A stretch of DNA of 64,000 nucleotides from Acutalibacteraceae bacterium (lineage in GTDB: Bacteria > Bacillota > Clostridia > Oscillospirales > Acutalibacteraceae): the NCBI GenBank assembly GCA_045642685.1, contig JAZUJI010000056.1:1696-65695 (forward strand), read 5' to 3'. A model generated the notes under the pieces. That model made no database searches. It saw nothing but the letters and a program-made list of their open reading frames with translations, and was not told where the DNA came from. The position numbers and the translations under genes are program-made. Shown piece after piece: positions 46,879 to 56,952 of this stretch. How positions within the stretch are numbered: the first letter of the stretch is position 1; each line of letters opens with the position of its first letter.

Positions 46879-49275
46879 TTGACCTTGATAACCAAAGCAA
46901 AGGATGCCGCCGAAAAGGCAAGACTTTATTGGCGCACACCGCCGCTGGGTAACTTTATGACCTACAAGGAAGTTGCTTCCCTGGCAGGCGGCGGTATCGG
47001 CGTGAAATTTATTCTGACTTTCGTTCAGGGCGTGCTGGTCTGCGTTGGCAATGCTTTTTTGGGCAACACCATCGGCATTAAACCGGACCCGATGTACGCC
47101 ATTTATTTAATCAGCGTTTTGGCGAGCTTTCCGCTTACGGCGCTGCGTGCGAATATCGTCGATAACACACGCAACCGCAAGGGAAAGTACCGACCCTATA
47201 TCATTTCCATGGGCTTGCCGACGGTTCTGCTTTCGCTCGGCTATGTGTGGGCACCCTATGAGCGAATGAGCGACATGGGAAAATATGTTACGGTTTTGCT
47301 GTTCAATATCGGGTTTCAGTTTTTCTACAACTTTCTGTTGGACGCATACGACAATTATGTGGTGGTGCTTTCCTCCAACACGCAGGAGCGAGCCAATGTG
47401 GCGGCGGTGCGTGCCGTAACGGATTCGCTTGCGCCGTCGATCACCAACATCGTGGTTCCCATTGCCGGGCGCATGATTACCGGCGGCGAAAATCTGTTTG
47501 ATATTCGCATTTACCGTATCGTATGGCCGCCGATTTTAATTCTCGGTTTTTTCATCAGTCTGATCATCTATGTCAACACGAAAGAAAAAATCATTCAGGC
47601 TCGTACCCATGTGGTGCAGATCAAGTTTACCGATGCGTTCCGTGCCGTTTTCAAAAACAAATATTTCTGGATCATTTCGCTGGCAGGCTGGGTCGGCTTT
47701 TTAGAGGGCATGGCGGCGAATAATATTCTGCCGTGGCTCTATTCTTATCAGCACGCCTGTTCCGATAAGGCGTATGCTCTGATTTGGACGATTTACGGCA
47801 ACGCTTCCCTTTGGGGGATGCTGCTGGCACCGTTCCTCATCAAAAAAATCGGCAAGAAAAATACCCTCATTTTTTCCAATATCATGAACATCTTTTTTAT
47901 CGCCGCCATGTACCCGATCGCCAGAACGGTGGATCCGAGTGTGATGATTTGGCCGATCATGGCCTGTCTGTGGATCAATTCGCTTGTCGGCGCATTTGCG
48001 CACATTCTCAATCCCAGTATCAACGGCGATATCCGGGATTATCAGCAGTATGTCACCGGGGAGCGTATTGACGGAATGTTTGCGGCAGTCGGTTTGATCG
48101 GCAGTGCGGTCACGATGTTTACCACGGGCATACAGTCGTTTATTTACACCCGGGTCGGCTTTAATGACGCAAAGCTGAAGGAGGTTTTGCCTGCCATTAT
48201 TGCGAGCGGACAGAAGATTGACGATGTGAACAATGTCTATAATGTTTTATATGACCGTAACACATTCCTTTCCATTTTCGGCGTACTGATTTTGTTTTCC
48301 GTGATCGGTGCAGCGATGAATGTGGTGCCGTATTTCTTCTATGATTTGTCGGAGACCAAACAGCAGGGCATGGTGCGTGTGCTTCAGATCCGTGCGTTGT
48401 TTGAGGATTACGGTAAGGGTGTCCTCAGCGACAGCAATTTGGTGAAGGCGATTGATCTGGTCAATGAATCACGGAAAAAAACGGAACAGACCCCGATCCC
48501 GACAGAACCTCTGCGGCTGAACCGCAGCCTTTTGAATAAACAGCAGCGCAAACAACGGCGGGAGGCTGTGGAGTACAACCGGGCGATCGAAGTGGCACGG
48601 TTTGTCATGGAGGAAATGAACCGTTTCGATACCCCGCAGGGTATGGCACAGCTGGAAGAGGCCAAACAGGTGGTGAATGCCGGTTTTGACCACATTTTCA
48701 CTGTCAGCAAGGCAGATTTAGCCGCCGCCAGAGTACTTCCTACCGCAACGGTGCAGGAAAAAGAATTCCGCAAGGCGGAAATCCAGCGCATACGGGACTG
48801 CCTTTATGCGCAGAAAATCGCACGCCGCCACTTCCCCAACGGCATTGAAAAATTTGATGAAACGAAGTTTGACAAGCTGTTCCGGCAGGAAGATGAAAAC
48901 GATGAACAGCTTGACAACACCTATAAAGCATACTACGAGGCAAAGGATGCCGGTGACCGGGCGGCGGTGCTTGATTTGATGGAAAAACTCAAGGAGCTGA
49001 AAGCGAAGCGTAAGAGCATTGACCGAGCCATCAAGGAAGCGACGGATAAAAACTCGGTTTACCACCGTGCCGCCAAACCGTTTCTGGATGCTGAAAAATT
49101 GCTTACGCAGGCAGAAAACTACAAGCGGTATGATTTGATTGCCGCTCAGTACGGGGATGCTCTGCGGAGAAAGCAGGCGGCAGAACTTGCCGCCGCCGAA
49201 CAGGCGCAGCAGGAAAAAGCGGCTGAAAAGGCGCACGCCGAACAGCTCCGCAGTCAGCGAAAAAAGAAAAAATAA
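46879..49275 (+). CDS. GPH/MFS-type transporter (about 12 TM) fused to a ~310-aa charged helical C-terminal domain
   Basis: Hydrophobic core to about residue 485, then a K/E/R/Q-rich helical tail ending QRKKKK. The start is uncertain: TTG at 46879 or ATG at 46957. Confidence 0.72.
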   Translation: MTLITKAKDAAEKARLYWRTPPLGNFMTYKEVASLAGGGIGVKFILTFVQGVLVCVGNAFLGNTIGIKPDPMYAIYLISVLASFPLTALRANIVDNTRNRKGKYRPYIISMGLPTVLLSLGYVWAPYERMSDMGKYVTVLLFNIGFQFFYNFLLDAYDNYVVVLSSNTQERANVAAVRAVTDSLAPSITNIVVPIAGRMITGGENLFDIRIYRIVWPPILILGFFISLIIYVNTKEKIIQARTHVVQIKFTDAFRAVFKNKYFWIISLAGWVGFLEGMAANNILPWLYSYQHACSDKAYALIWTIYGNASLWGMLLAPFLIKKIGKKNTLIFSNIMNIFFIAAMYPIARTVDPSVMIWPIMACLWINSLVGAFAHILNPSINGDIRDYQQYVTGERIDGMFAAVGLIGSAVTMFTTGIQSFIYTRVGFNDAKLKEVLPAIIASGQKIDDVNNVYNVLYDRNTFLSIFGVLILFSVIGAAMNVVPYFFYDLSETKQQGMVRVLQIRALFEDYGKGVLSDSNLVKAIDLVNESRKKTEQTPIPTEPLRLNRSLLNKQQRKQRREAVEYNRAIEVARFVMEEMNRFDTPQGMAQLEEAKQVVNAGFDHIFTVSKADLAAARVLPTATVQEKEFRKAEIQRIRDCLYAQKIARRHFPNGIEKFDETKFDKLFRQEDENDEQLDNTYKAYYEAKDAGDRAAVLDLMEKLKELKAKRKSIDRAIKEATDKNSVYHRAAKPFLDAEKLLTQAENYKRYDLIAAQYGDALRRKQAAELAAAEQAQQEKAAEKAHAEQLRSQRKKKK

Positions 49276-49324
49276 TATTCCGATCGGTTCCTGAAAAAGG
49301 AGCCGATTTTTTTCTTTGAGATAC

Positions 49325-49353
49325 TTGACAGTACACAAAAAACAGCGTAACAT
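49325..49353 (+). promoter_or_regulatory. Sigma-A-type promoter (TTGACA-17 nt-TAACAT), overlapped by two ACATATGAA repeats (49350-49358 and 49366-49374)
   Basis: Read directly. The repeats probably form the ArsR-family operator. Confidence 0.5.
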
Positions 49354-49387
49354 ATGAATAGATAAACATATGAAGGAGTGTTCATAT

Positions 49388-49747
49388 ATGATAGACGAAA
49401 AGCGAAACGGGGATGAATTTCTCTGCGCTCACAACGAAACGGTGGAAAAGGTGATAAAAGAAATGCCGGAGGAAGAAACGCTGTACGATTTGGCAGAATT
49501 GTTTAAGGTGTTCGGCGATTCGACCCGTATCAAAATTCTGTATGCGCTGTTTGAAACGCAGCTGTGCGTGTGCGATATCGCAAAGCTTCTGAATGTGTCG
49601 CAAACGGCGGTATCCCACCAGCTTCGCATTTTGCGCACAAACAAGCTGGTGATAGGGCGAAAAGAAGGCAAAAATGTGTTGTATTCGCTGGCAGATGACC
49701 ATGTGCGCACGATGATCGGCATGGGTCTGGAGCATATTGAGGAGTGA
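49388..49747 (+). CDS. ArsR/SmtB-family metal-responsive repressor
   Basis: LFKVFGDSTRIKILYAL, CVCDIAKLLNVSQTAVSHQLRIL. The start was moved to the ATG at 49388 (SD AAGGAG at 49372). Confidence 0.88.
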   Translation: MIDEKRNGDEFLCAHNETVEKVIKEMPEEETLYDLAELFKVFGDSTRIKILYALFETQLCVCDIAKLLNVSQTAVSHQLRILRTNKLVIGRKEGKNVLYSLADDHVRTMIGMGLEHIEE

Positions 49748-49751
49748 AAGC

Positions 49752-51635
49752 ATGAGCGATAAGGAAAAACACCACGGGCACGAACACGCCGAAAACCCGA
49801 AGAAGAATATTCTTAAAATTCTTATTGCGGCTGGATTGGCAGTCGGTGCTTTTGGGCTGTGCCGATTTGTTCCTTTATCTGCCGGCGGTGAGCTGCTGCT
49901 GTGGCTGATCCCCTACGGATTGATTTCCTGCGAAACATGGTTTGAGGCACTTCATAACCTGCTTCACGGCGAAGTGTTTGATGAAGCTTTTCTGATGAGC
50001 GTTGCCTCAGCCGGTGCCTTGATTCTGGGCGATTACCCGGAGGCGGTGCTGGTGATGCTCCTGTTTCAAATCGGTGAGTTGTTTGAGAGCTATGCCGTCG
50101 GCAAAAGCCGCCGTTCCATTGAGCAGATGATGGCGATTCGCCCCGATGTTGCCCGGGTCGTGCGCGGCGAAGCAGCTGTGGCAGTGAATCCGGAAGAAGT
50201 AAAAACCGGCGAGGTGATCGAAATTCGCCCCGGGGAACGAATCCCCTTGGACGGTGTGGTGCTTTCGGGTAGCTCAACGGTGGATACCTCTGCCTTAACC
50301 GGCGAATCATGCCCGGCTGCGGCGGCAGCGGGTGATGAGGTGCTCAGCGGCTGTGTGAACCAAAGCGGACTATTGCGGGTGCAGGTCACAAAACCGTTTC
50401 GTCAGTCAACGGTCAACAAGGTTCTGGAGCTGGTACAATACGCCGAAAGCCAAAAGGCAAAAAGAGAAACTTTCATTCACCGTTTTTCCAAAATCTATAC
50501 ACCGTGCGTGGTCGGCTTTGCGCTGCTGCTGGCGGTCGTACCGGGTATTTTCACGAAGGATTTTGCCGCATGGTTTTCACGGGCTTGTGTGTTTCTGGTC
50601 ATTTCCTGCCCCTGCGCTCTGGTGATTTCTGTGCCGCTGGCTTACTTTTGCGGCATCGGTGCGGCTTCCCGGCACGGCATCCTGATAAAGGGAAGCTGTG
50701 CGCTGGATGCACTTGCCAAAACCGGAACGGTCGTTCTGGACAAAACGGGGACTCTGACAAAAGGCGTGTTCCGTGTAACAGCAGTCCACGCCGACAGAAT
50801 GGATGAACAACGGCTGTTGTCGCTGGCGGCGGCACTTGAGCAAGGCTCCAATCACCCGGTTGCACGCAGCATTGTGCAGGCGTGTGAAGCGGCACCTGAA
50901 CCGGTGAGCGAGGTCGAAGAACTTGCCGGTCGTGGTGTGCGAGGCGTTGTGGGCGGTCGGACGGTGTATGTCGGCAGCGATAAATGGATGGATGAGCTTG
51001 GGCTGCCGTGGTATCCCTGTCACCGGGTCGGAACAACGGTACACATGGCGGCGGATGGTGAATATCTCGGGCATATCGTGGTTTCGGATGAGATGAAAGC
51101 CGAATCGGCACCGGCGATTGAAAAGCTGAGAAAAATCGGTGTCACAAAAACGGTGATGCTCACCGGTGATGCAGCCGAAATCGGGCAGGCAGCTGCAAGG
51201 GAATTGAAGCTTGACGAAGTATTTACGAAGCTGCTCCCCGGGGATAAATTGAAAAAAACGGAGGAGCTGCTCCGGCACAAGCCGAATCGCTCGACCCTTG
51301 CCTTTGTCGGGGACGGCATGAACGATGCAGCGGTTCTGACCCGTGCCGATGTCGGAATCGCTATGGGCGGAATCGGTTCCGATGCAGCGATCGAGGCGGC
51401 AGATGTGGTGCTGATGGATGATAACCCACTGAAAATTCCGCTTGCCATTCAGCTTGCCGGGCGCACGCTTCGTGTGGTGAAAGAAAATATCATATTTTCG
51501 CTGGCTGTAAAACTGCTTGTTATGGTGCTCGGACTGCTCGGTTTGGCACCGATGGGCTTAGCGGTGTTCGCCGATGTCGGCGTAACGATGCTGGTGATCC
51601 TCAACGCAATGCGTCTTTTGAAAACAGAACAATAA
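49752..51635 (+). CDS. P1B-2-type heavy-metal (Zn/Cd/Pb) translocating P-type ATPase, lacking an HMA domain and with a His-rich N-terminus
   Basis: SCPCALVIS (CPC), DKTGTLT, GDGMNDA, a TM7 Lys (SLAVKLLV) and a TM8 DVG motif. N-terminal KHHGHEH. Confidence 0.9.
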   Translation: MSDKEKHHGHEHAENPKKNILKILIAAGLAVGAFGLCRFVPLSAGGELLLWLIPYGLISCETWFEALHNLLHGEVFDEAFLMSVASAGALILGDYPEAVLVMLLFQIGELFESYAVGKSRRSIEQMMAIRPDVARVVRGEAAVAVNPEEVKTGEVIEIRPGERIPLDGVVLSGSSTVDTSALTGESCPAAAAAGDEVLSGCVNQSGLLRVQVTKPFRQSTVNKVLELVQYAESQKAKRETFIHRFSKIYTPCVVGFALLLAVVPGIFTKDFAAWFSRACVFLVISCPCALVISVPLAYFCGIGAASRHGILIKGSCALDALAKTGTVVLDKTGTLTKGVFRVTAVHADRMDEQRLLSLAAALEQGSNHPVARSIVQACEAAPEPVSEVEELAGRGVRGVVGGRTVYVGSDKWMDELGLPWYPCHRVGTTVHMAADGEYLGHIVVSDEMKAESAPAIEKLRKIGVTKTVMLTGDAAEIGQAAARELKLDEVFTKLLPGDKLKKTEELLRHKPNRSTLAFVGDGMNDAAVLTRADVGIAMGGIGSDAAIEAADVVLMDDNPLKIPLAIQLAGRTLRVVKENIIFSLAVKLLVMVLGLLGLAPMGLAVFADVGVTMLVILNAMRLLKTEQ

Positions 51636-51686
51636 AAAAGTCTTCCCCTCTGCACTCAGTGTGATTGCCTTGGGAAAGACTTTTTT
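51634..51686. terminator. Bidirectional hairpin (AAAAAAGTCTTCCC ... GGGAAAGACTTTTTT)
   Basis: A long-loop hairpin between convergent genes. Confidence 0.6.
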
Positions 51687-51699
51687 GATTTGATCTTTA

Positions 51700-52845
51700 T
51701 CAGAATTTCAACACATAGATAAATGAGCGAATCAGCGCAGCAAACAGATTAACAACCGAAAAAACGACCTTTTCCAAGGGACTGTCGGCGGTGCGGTAAT
51801 CCTCCGAATCGGTCTGCTGTGTGAACACACCGTTCCGATATGTGTAGAGGGTGGTGTTCACCTGCGAGGGATCGTCCTTGCAGATGGTGACGGTGCGTAT
51901 GCCGTAGGGGGACGGCTTGGCAAACTGGCAGCCGTAGGTCACCCCGAGAGTCATGCCGTCATACACGCCCGTGTAGCCGTCCAGATGAATGTCACCGAAA
52001 AAGGCGGCAACGGTGTTTTTTTGCTTGAGAACAGGGAATTGAGCGGAGGTATTGCCGGGCAGGCACGGGTCTTCGGTGTGACCGCTTGCTACGGCATGAT
52101 TCAGGCGAACCACTTTCCCCGATGTGAGAATGGCGCCGTCATCGAACAGGGAACATTCTTCAAACAGATTGCCCGTTTCGGCGATCGGGTTATGTTCAAA
52201 CGCATAACAGGGTACCCCTTGCGTCGGGTAATTCTTCAGCCATTCGAGCTGCCCGTCCGTAAACCCTCTGGCGTTGTCAAGGGCAAACAAGCCGCAAACC
52301 GGGCGTCCGTCCGCTTCCAGAGAAATATAAGTGTCAATGTGACCGTCTGTGTCATCACTCATGTCCACGGTAAGGCAATGCGGATATTCGGCAAAAATTT
52401 TGAGCCAGTCTTCGTTTTTCAGCTGCGTGCGGTAGTCGTTGTCGCCCATTGCGATCGCATAAGGGATGCCCGAGCGTTCAAACGGCTCAAACACCGTGTC
52501 ACAGATGGCTTTGACATTGGCAAATGTTTTTTCATAATCGCCTTTTACAAGCACGCCCTCGTGAAATGGCTGCGCATCGCTGACCAGGTCACCAAAACGG
52601 GAATCCTCAGCAATATCGCCCGAGAGAATGATTAGATCCGGCTTTGCGGTTTGGATGGCTTTGCTCAAAAACTCATTCAGCCCGTGCGCCGGATAAGCAT
52701 CGTCCTGCGGGTCGGAAATCTGCAGAATGGTGAATGTGTCTTTACTGCCGAAGGAACAGGTCGGAGCCTGAACGGCCAATGCGTTCAAGGTCAAAGCAAA
52801 AAGCAGGAATACAACTGAAATTACGGAATAAATCTTCTTCATCAT
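51700..52845 (-). CDS. Secreted calcineurin-like metallophosphoesterase
   Basis: A signal peptide, then ISDPQDD, SGDIAED, GDNDY and FEHNP motifs. Confidence 0.78.
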   Translation of the reverse strand: MMKKIYSVISVVFLLFALTLNALAVQAPTCSFGSKDTFTILQISDPQDDAYPAHGLNEFLSKAIQTAKPDLIILSGDIAEDSRFGDLVSDAQPFHEGVLVKGDYEKTFANVKAICDTVFEPFERSGIPYAIAMGDNDYRTQLKNEDWLKIFAEYPHCLTVDMSDDTDGHIDTYISLEADGRPVCGLFALDNARGFTDGQLEWLKNYPTQGVPCYAFEHNPIAETGNLFEECSLFDDGAILTSGKVVRLNHAVASGHTEDPCLPGNTSAQFPVLKQKNTVAAFFGDIHLDGYTGVYDGMTLGVTYGCQFAKPSPYGIRTVTICKDDPSQVNTTLYTYRNGVFTQQTDSEDYRTADSPLEKVVFSVVNLFAALIRSFIYVLKF

Positions 52846-52858
52846 TATTCTCCGATTG

Positions 52859-52891
52859 AAAAAGCACCGCAGACTGAGAAGCCTGCGGCGC
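52859..52891 (-). terminator. Intrinsic terminator ending the transketolase/aminotransferase operon
   Basis: On the minus strand: GCGCCGCAG-N10-CTGCGGTGC followed by TTTTT. Confidence 0.7.
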
Positions 52892-52907
52892 AGAATAAGT
52901 GTGTGGA

Positions 52908-53723
52908 TCAGCCCTGTGCGTAAGCACCGACCTGAAGCATAAAGTTGCCGAACTGAGCACCGAATTCGGGGCCGCCGTCCATTATGATTCTGCCGTTCTT
53001 GGTTGCGTCAAGCATATCGTCCGTTCCGAGAAGGGTGCCGAGGGCGCTCTTGAAGGAATCGAAGCGAAGTGTGAAGAAAGGCATAGCTCTCTTGTATTCG
53101 CCTCTGCCGGCTCTTGATTTGCCTGCTTTAATGCGGATGAAGGCAGATACCTCAGGGTGATCATTCACCGCCAGTGCATAAACACGGTCGGGGCTGGGCG
53201 CAGTCCAAGCGTTGATTTCGGGGTGACCGTGCTTGTTCAGCGCACTGATGCCGCTTGTCAGCAAATAGAAGAAGCACTTGACCATAAGAGCCTGCGTTTC
53301 TTCATCTTCGGGAGCCTCTTTTGCGGTGAGCAGGCTGCTCATTTTAAGAAGCACCGACATAAACGCGATGAATGTGCTCATATTTTTTGCAATACCCTTC
53401 ATTTTGGGAAGCGTCTTGGGGCCGATGCTGCCCTTGAAAAACGCATTCATCTGCTCAACGGTCTTAAATTCAAGCTCGATATTGGTATGCTCTGCATCGC
53501 ATACACGATCGGCATGAACAAGCCATTCGCCCGAATTGATAACAAAGTGTGTTGCATATTTGCCATCGGGTGCATCGGGATCCAATGCGCTTATCTGAAT
53601 GACCGCATGGGTTTTTTCAAACTTTTTGGCAAGCGAGGGAACATCATTGGCAATCGTCTTCATGAGCGGAAGAGCACCGCAGAGGAATACTTTATTGGTA
53701 AAAATATCTTCTCTTGAAGCCAT
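52908..53723 (-). CDS. Hypothetical protein, suspected tandem SCP2-like (sterol-carrier-protein-2 fold). Paralog of 56953-57711.
   Basis: 271 aa. The C-terminal segment FTLRFDSFKSALGTLLGTDDMLDATKNGRIIMDGGPEFGAQFGNFM resembles the SCP2 C-terminal pattern, and the N-terminal half has a similar pattern. The fold assignment is by eye only. Confidence 0.5.
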   Translation of the reverse strand: MASREDIFTNKVFLCGALPLMKTIANDVPSLAKKFEKTHAVIQISALDPDAPDGKYATHFVINSGEWLVHADRVCDAEHTNIELEFKTVEQMNAFFKGSIGPKTLPKMKGIAKNMSTFIAFMSVLLKMSSLLTAKEAPEDEETQALMVKCFFYLLTSGISALNKHGHPEINAWTAPSPDRVYALAVNDHPEVSAFIRIKAGKSRAGRGEYKRAMPFFTLRFDSFKSALGTLLGTDDMLDATKNGRIIMDGGPEFGAQFGNFMLQVGAYAQG

Positions 53724-53753
53724 ATCTATCTGTCCTTTCTGTTGCTCTTCTTA

Positions 53754-54761
53754 TCAATACTCGTCGTCCCAGTTGTCGTCTTCTTCAAAGTCCTTCTTCA
53801 TAACTTCACGGACGGATGCAATGATGCCGTTTGCATCAATGCCGGCATCTGCCATGATGTCTTCCTGAAGACCGATCATAGCAAAGCCCTTGTGACCGAG
53901 CATCTTGAATGCACAGGCCTTACCGCTTTCAACAACAACTTCGGATACCGCTGAGCCGAGACCGCCTGTTACGAGGTGATCCTCAACGGTGATGATTCTT
54001 CTGGTTTCCATGACCGCCTTGAGAATAGCATCCTTGTCAATGGGCTTGATGGTGTGCATATCGAGCACACGAACACTCAAACCGTCGGCGTTTGCAAGGA
54101 ACTCAGCAGCCTGCTTGGCCTGGAATACGCAGGAGCCGCAGGCGATAACGGTAATATCGGTACCTTCGTTGACGGTAACAGCCTTACCGACTTCAAAGCC
54201 GTAGTCCATATCGGTGTAGAGAACACGGTCAAAACCACGGTTGATGCGGATATAGAAAGGACCTTCCTGAGCGTAAGCTGCGTTGACTGCGTTGGCGGTT
54301 TCGATACCGTCTGCCGGGCAGATAACGGTCAGGTTGGGCATAGCTCTGGTGATGGCAAGGTCGGTGATGGCATGGTGCGTGGAGCCTGCCTGACCGAACG
54401 AGGTGCCGGAATGGGTGGCAACGATTTTAACATTTGCTTTCTGATAGCAGATGTCGGTGTGAAGCTGGTCGCAGGCTCTCATGGAGGTGAAAGCCGAAAA
54501 GCCGGAAACGAACGGAGTGATGCCCGCTTTTGCCATACCGGCGGCAACGCCGAACATATCCTGTTCTGCGATACCGACATTGATGACTCTTTCGGGGCAG
54601 GTTTTCAGAACATCACCGAGCTTTGTTGACTTTGCAAGGTCAGCTGTAATGGCAACAACCTTGGGGTCATTCATCATAATATCCGATATTGCCTTGCCGT
54701 AAATTTCAGCGGTAGCAACCTCGGTCTGATCGATTGCGTTATAAACAAATCCGCCTGCCAT
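53754..54761 (-). CDS. Transketolase, C-terminal (pyrimidine-binding plus C-terminal domain) subunit
   Basis: YGKAISDIM, ITADLAKSTK, VGIAEQDMFGVAAGMA, HDGxTH-like ATHSGTSFGQAGSTHH. Confidence 0.9.
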   Translation of the reverse strand: MAGGFVYNAIDQTEVATAEIYGKAISDIMMNDPKVVAITADLAKSTKLGDVLKTCPERVINVGIAEQDMFGVAAGMAKAGITPFVSGFSAFTSMRACDQLHTDICYQKANVKIVATHSGTSFGQAGSTHHAITDLAITRAMPNLTVICPADGIETANAVNAAYAQEGPFYIRINRGFDRVLYTDMDYGFEVGKAVTVNEGTDITVIACGSCVFQAKQAAEFLANADGLSVRVLDMHTIKPIDKDAILKAVMETRRIITVEDHLVTGGLGSAVSEVVVESGKACAFKMLGHKGFAMIGLQEDIMADAGIDANGIIASVREVMKKDFEEDDNWDDEY

Positions 54762-54763
54762 GA

Positions 54764-55642
54764 TTATTTGCCCTCCTTCTCTGCTCTTGCTTTGCGTTCT
54801 GCATAGGTTGCATCGAGCTCTTTCTTATGCTTTTCAAATGTGTCATCATCGATCGCCATGTAGTGGCAGTGATAGTCGCCTGCAACAGAGGTAAGACCGC
54901 AGCCCTTGACCGTATCCATCAGGATGCAGGTGGGAGCGCAGGGCTCTTTGGAGCGCTCGATTGCAATGTCGATCGCATCGCACAGCTCTTTGATGTTGTT
55001 GCCGTCAACCTTGATGGTGTTGAAGCCGAAAGCGGTAAGCTTATCGGCAAGAGGTTCGAGCTTCATAACTTCTTCGGTCGGACCGTCGATCATGCAATGG
55101 TTTCTGTCAACAAAAACGATGCAGTTTGAAAGCTGATAGTGGTTCATTGTCATGAAGCCTTCCCAGTTGGAGCCTTCACCAAGCTCGCCGTCACCGGTGA
55201 CAACATAGGTAAGGTAGCTTTTGCCGAGAAGTCTGGCAGCAAGGGCAGTACCGGCGGCAATGGAGGGACCGTGACCGAGTGAACCGGTCGAAGCGTCAAC
55301 GCCGACAACCTTGTTGGAGTCAAGGTGCATACCCATCTTTGAGCCGGAAAGGTTAAAGGTTTTGAGCATTTCGGGGTCATTGAAGCCCTTATCGCAAAGT
55401 ACGGGAGCATATGCAATAGCAGCATGACCCTTTGAAAGAATAAATCTGTCTCTGTCTTCCCACTTGGGTTCGTCAACCTTTATATTAAGGTATTTATGAT
55501 ACATAACCGTGAGAAGATCCATGACGGACATACCGCCGCCGAGGTGACCGCTGCCTGCCCACACGGTGGTCTGAAGGCAAAGGTGGCGCAGCTCATTCGC
55601 TTTCTTTTCAAGGGCAAGCCATTCATCCTTTTTCAAAGGCAT
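54764..55642 (-). CDS. Transketolase, N-terminal (thiamine-diphosphate-binding) subunit
   Basis: AGSGHLGGGMSVMDLLTVMY, DRDRFILSKGHAA, GSLGHGPS, GDGELGEGSNWE. A 2-nt gap to the C-terminal subunit gene. Confidence 0.9.
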   Translation of the reverse strand: MPLKKDEWLALEKKANELRHLCLQTTVWAGSGHLGGGMSVMDLLTVMYHKYLNIKVDEPKWEDRDRFILSKGHAAIAYAPVLCDKGFNDPEMLKTFNLSGSKMGMHLDSNKVVGVDASTGSLGHGPSIAAGTALAARLLGKSYLTYVVTGDGELGEGSNWEGFMTMNHYQLSNCIVFVDRNHCMIDGPTEEVMKLEPLADKLTAFGFNTIKVDGNNIKELCDAIDIAIERSKEPCAPTCILMDTVKGCGLTSVAGDYHCHYMAIDDDTFEKHKKELDATYAERKARAEKEGK

Positions 55643-55674
55643 ATCATTTTCCTCCTGTTGTGTTTATTTGTTAT

Positions 55675-56937
55675 TCAGAAAAGCTCGGGGTGATTTTTGG
55701 CAACTGCTTTGAAAGCCTCGTCTGCCACTTCAACCGTCAGGTCAATGTCCTTGTCGGTGATGGCGGCGTTCATGAAGTGGTTGTGGTGGCTTGCAAAGAA
55801 TACGCCTCTCTTGACACATTCGGCGATCCATTCCTGATGAAGCATCATGCTGTCATCGTTGGCGATTCTGAGGTAGAACAAAGCAGGTTCACCGGAAACG
55901 ACCAGGTTGAAGCCGTTATTAGCGGCGGCATCCTTCAAGCCGTTGGTGAGCTTAAGACCCTTTTCACGGAACAGGGTCGGGGTGTCGAGCTTCTTCATCT
56001 TGTTGATGCAGGCGATACCTGCGGCAAACGGGACACAGCTCATCCAGTAGCTGCCGGTGTAGGACAGAGAGCTGACAGCACTCTTGAGGGATTCTTTACC
56101 GCACAGGCAGGAAACATTCCAGCCGTTGGCGATTGCTTTGCAGAAGCAGATGAGGTCTGCCTCAAAGCCGTAGAAATGGTCGGAACCTGCCAGGTCAAGG
56201 CGGAAGCCGGCACGAACATCATCCACGATCAGGACAATGCCTTTACGGGTGCAAAGCTCACGAACCTTCTGCCAGTAGCCGTCTGCCGGAAGCTCGTTGT
56301 CCTTATAGTTGCCGTGCATATAGGGCGTTGCGATGAAAGCGGCAACCTCGTTGTCGTTTTCGGCAACCAGCTTTTCGAGTGCCTCAAAGTCGTTCCAGTC
56401 AACATAAAGGTTGTTGGCAACATCCTCGGGAACAACGCCGGGGTAGTCGACCTTCTGGGTCCAGGGAGAAATGCCGTGATAGAAGCCGTTGACGAAGATG
56501 ATCTTTTTGCGGTGGGTGGCTGCACGGGCGGTCATGATGGCGCAGGTGGTCACATCGTTGCCGTTCTTAGCGAAGAAAGCCCAGTCAGCGGTTGCAACGG
56601 TGTCAACCATCAGCTCAGCAAATTCGACCATGATTTTGTTCGGGGAGGTGGTGCAGTTGCCGAGTTTGGACTGCGCAATGGCAGCGGCATCAACATCCTT
56701 GTCGCAGTAACCCAGAACATTGGGGCCGTAGGCGCACATATAGTCGATGTACTTGTTGTCGTCCACATCCCAGAAATAAGCACCCTTGGCGTGGTCGCCG
56801 AACAGCGGCCAGTCGGATACGGGGATGAAGTTGCCTTCGGCAGGGCCGAGGTGACCGTAAACACCGGAGGGGATCACTTTGGTTGCACGGTTAAAATATT
56901 CACGGCTTTTGTCGTGTTCATAAATCGGAAAACTCAT
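55675..56937 (-). CDS. Class-III (HemL / glutamate-1-semialdehyde-aminomutase-like) PLP-dependent aminotransferase
   Basis: DVDDNKYIDYMCAYGPNVLGY, LIVDDVRAGFR, and ADLICFCKAIANG (Lys at the position of the HemL GKxIGGG PLP lysine). Confidence 0.82.
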   Translation of the reverse strand: MSFPIYEHDKSREYFNRATKVIPSGVYGHLGPAEGNFIPVSDWPLFGDHAKGAYFWDVDDNKYIDYMCAYGPNVLGYCDKDVDAAAIAQSKLGNCTTSPNKIMVEFAELMVDTVATADWAFFAKNGNDVTTCAIMTARAATHRKKIIFVNGFYHGISPWTQKVDYPGVVPEDVANNLYVDWNDFEALEKLVAENDNEVAAFIATPYMHGNYKDNELPADGYWQKVRELCTRKGIVLIVDDVRAGFRLDLAGSDHFYGFEADLICFCKAIANGWNVSCLCGKESLKSAVSSLSYTGSYWMSCVPFAAGIACINKMKKLDTPTLFREKGLKLTNGLKDAAANNGFNLVVSGEPALFYLRIANDDSMMLHQEWIAECVKRGVFFASHHNHFMNAAITDKDIDLTVEVADEAFKAVAKNHPELF

Positions 56938-56952
56938 CTTGCAGTACCTCCG

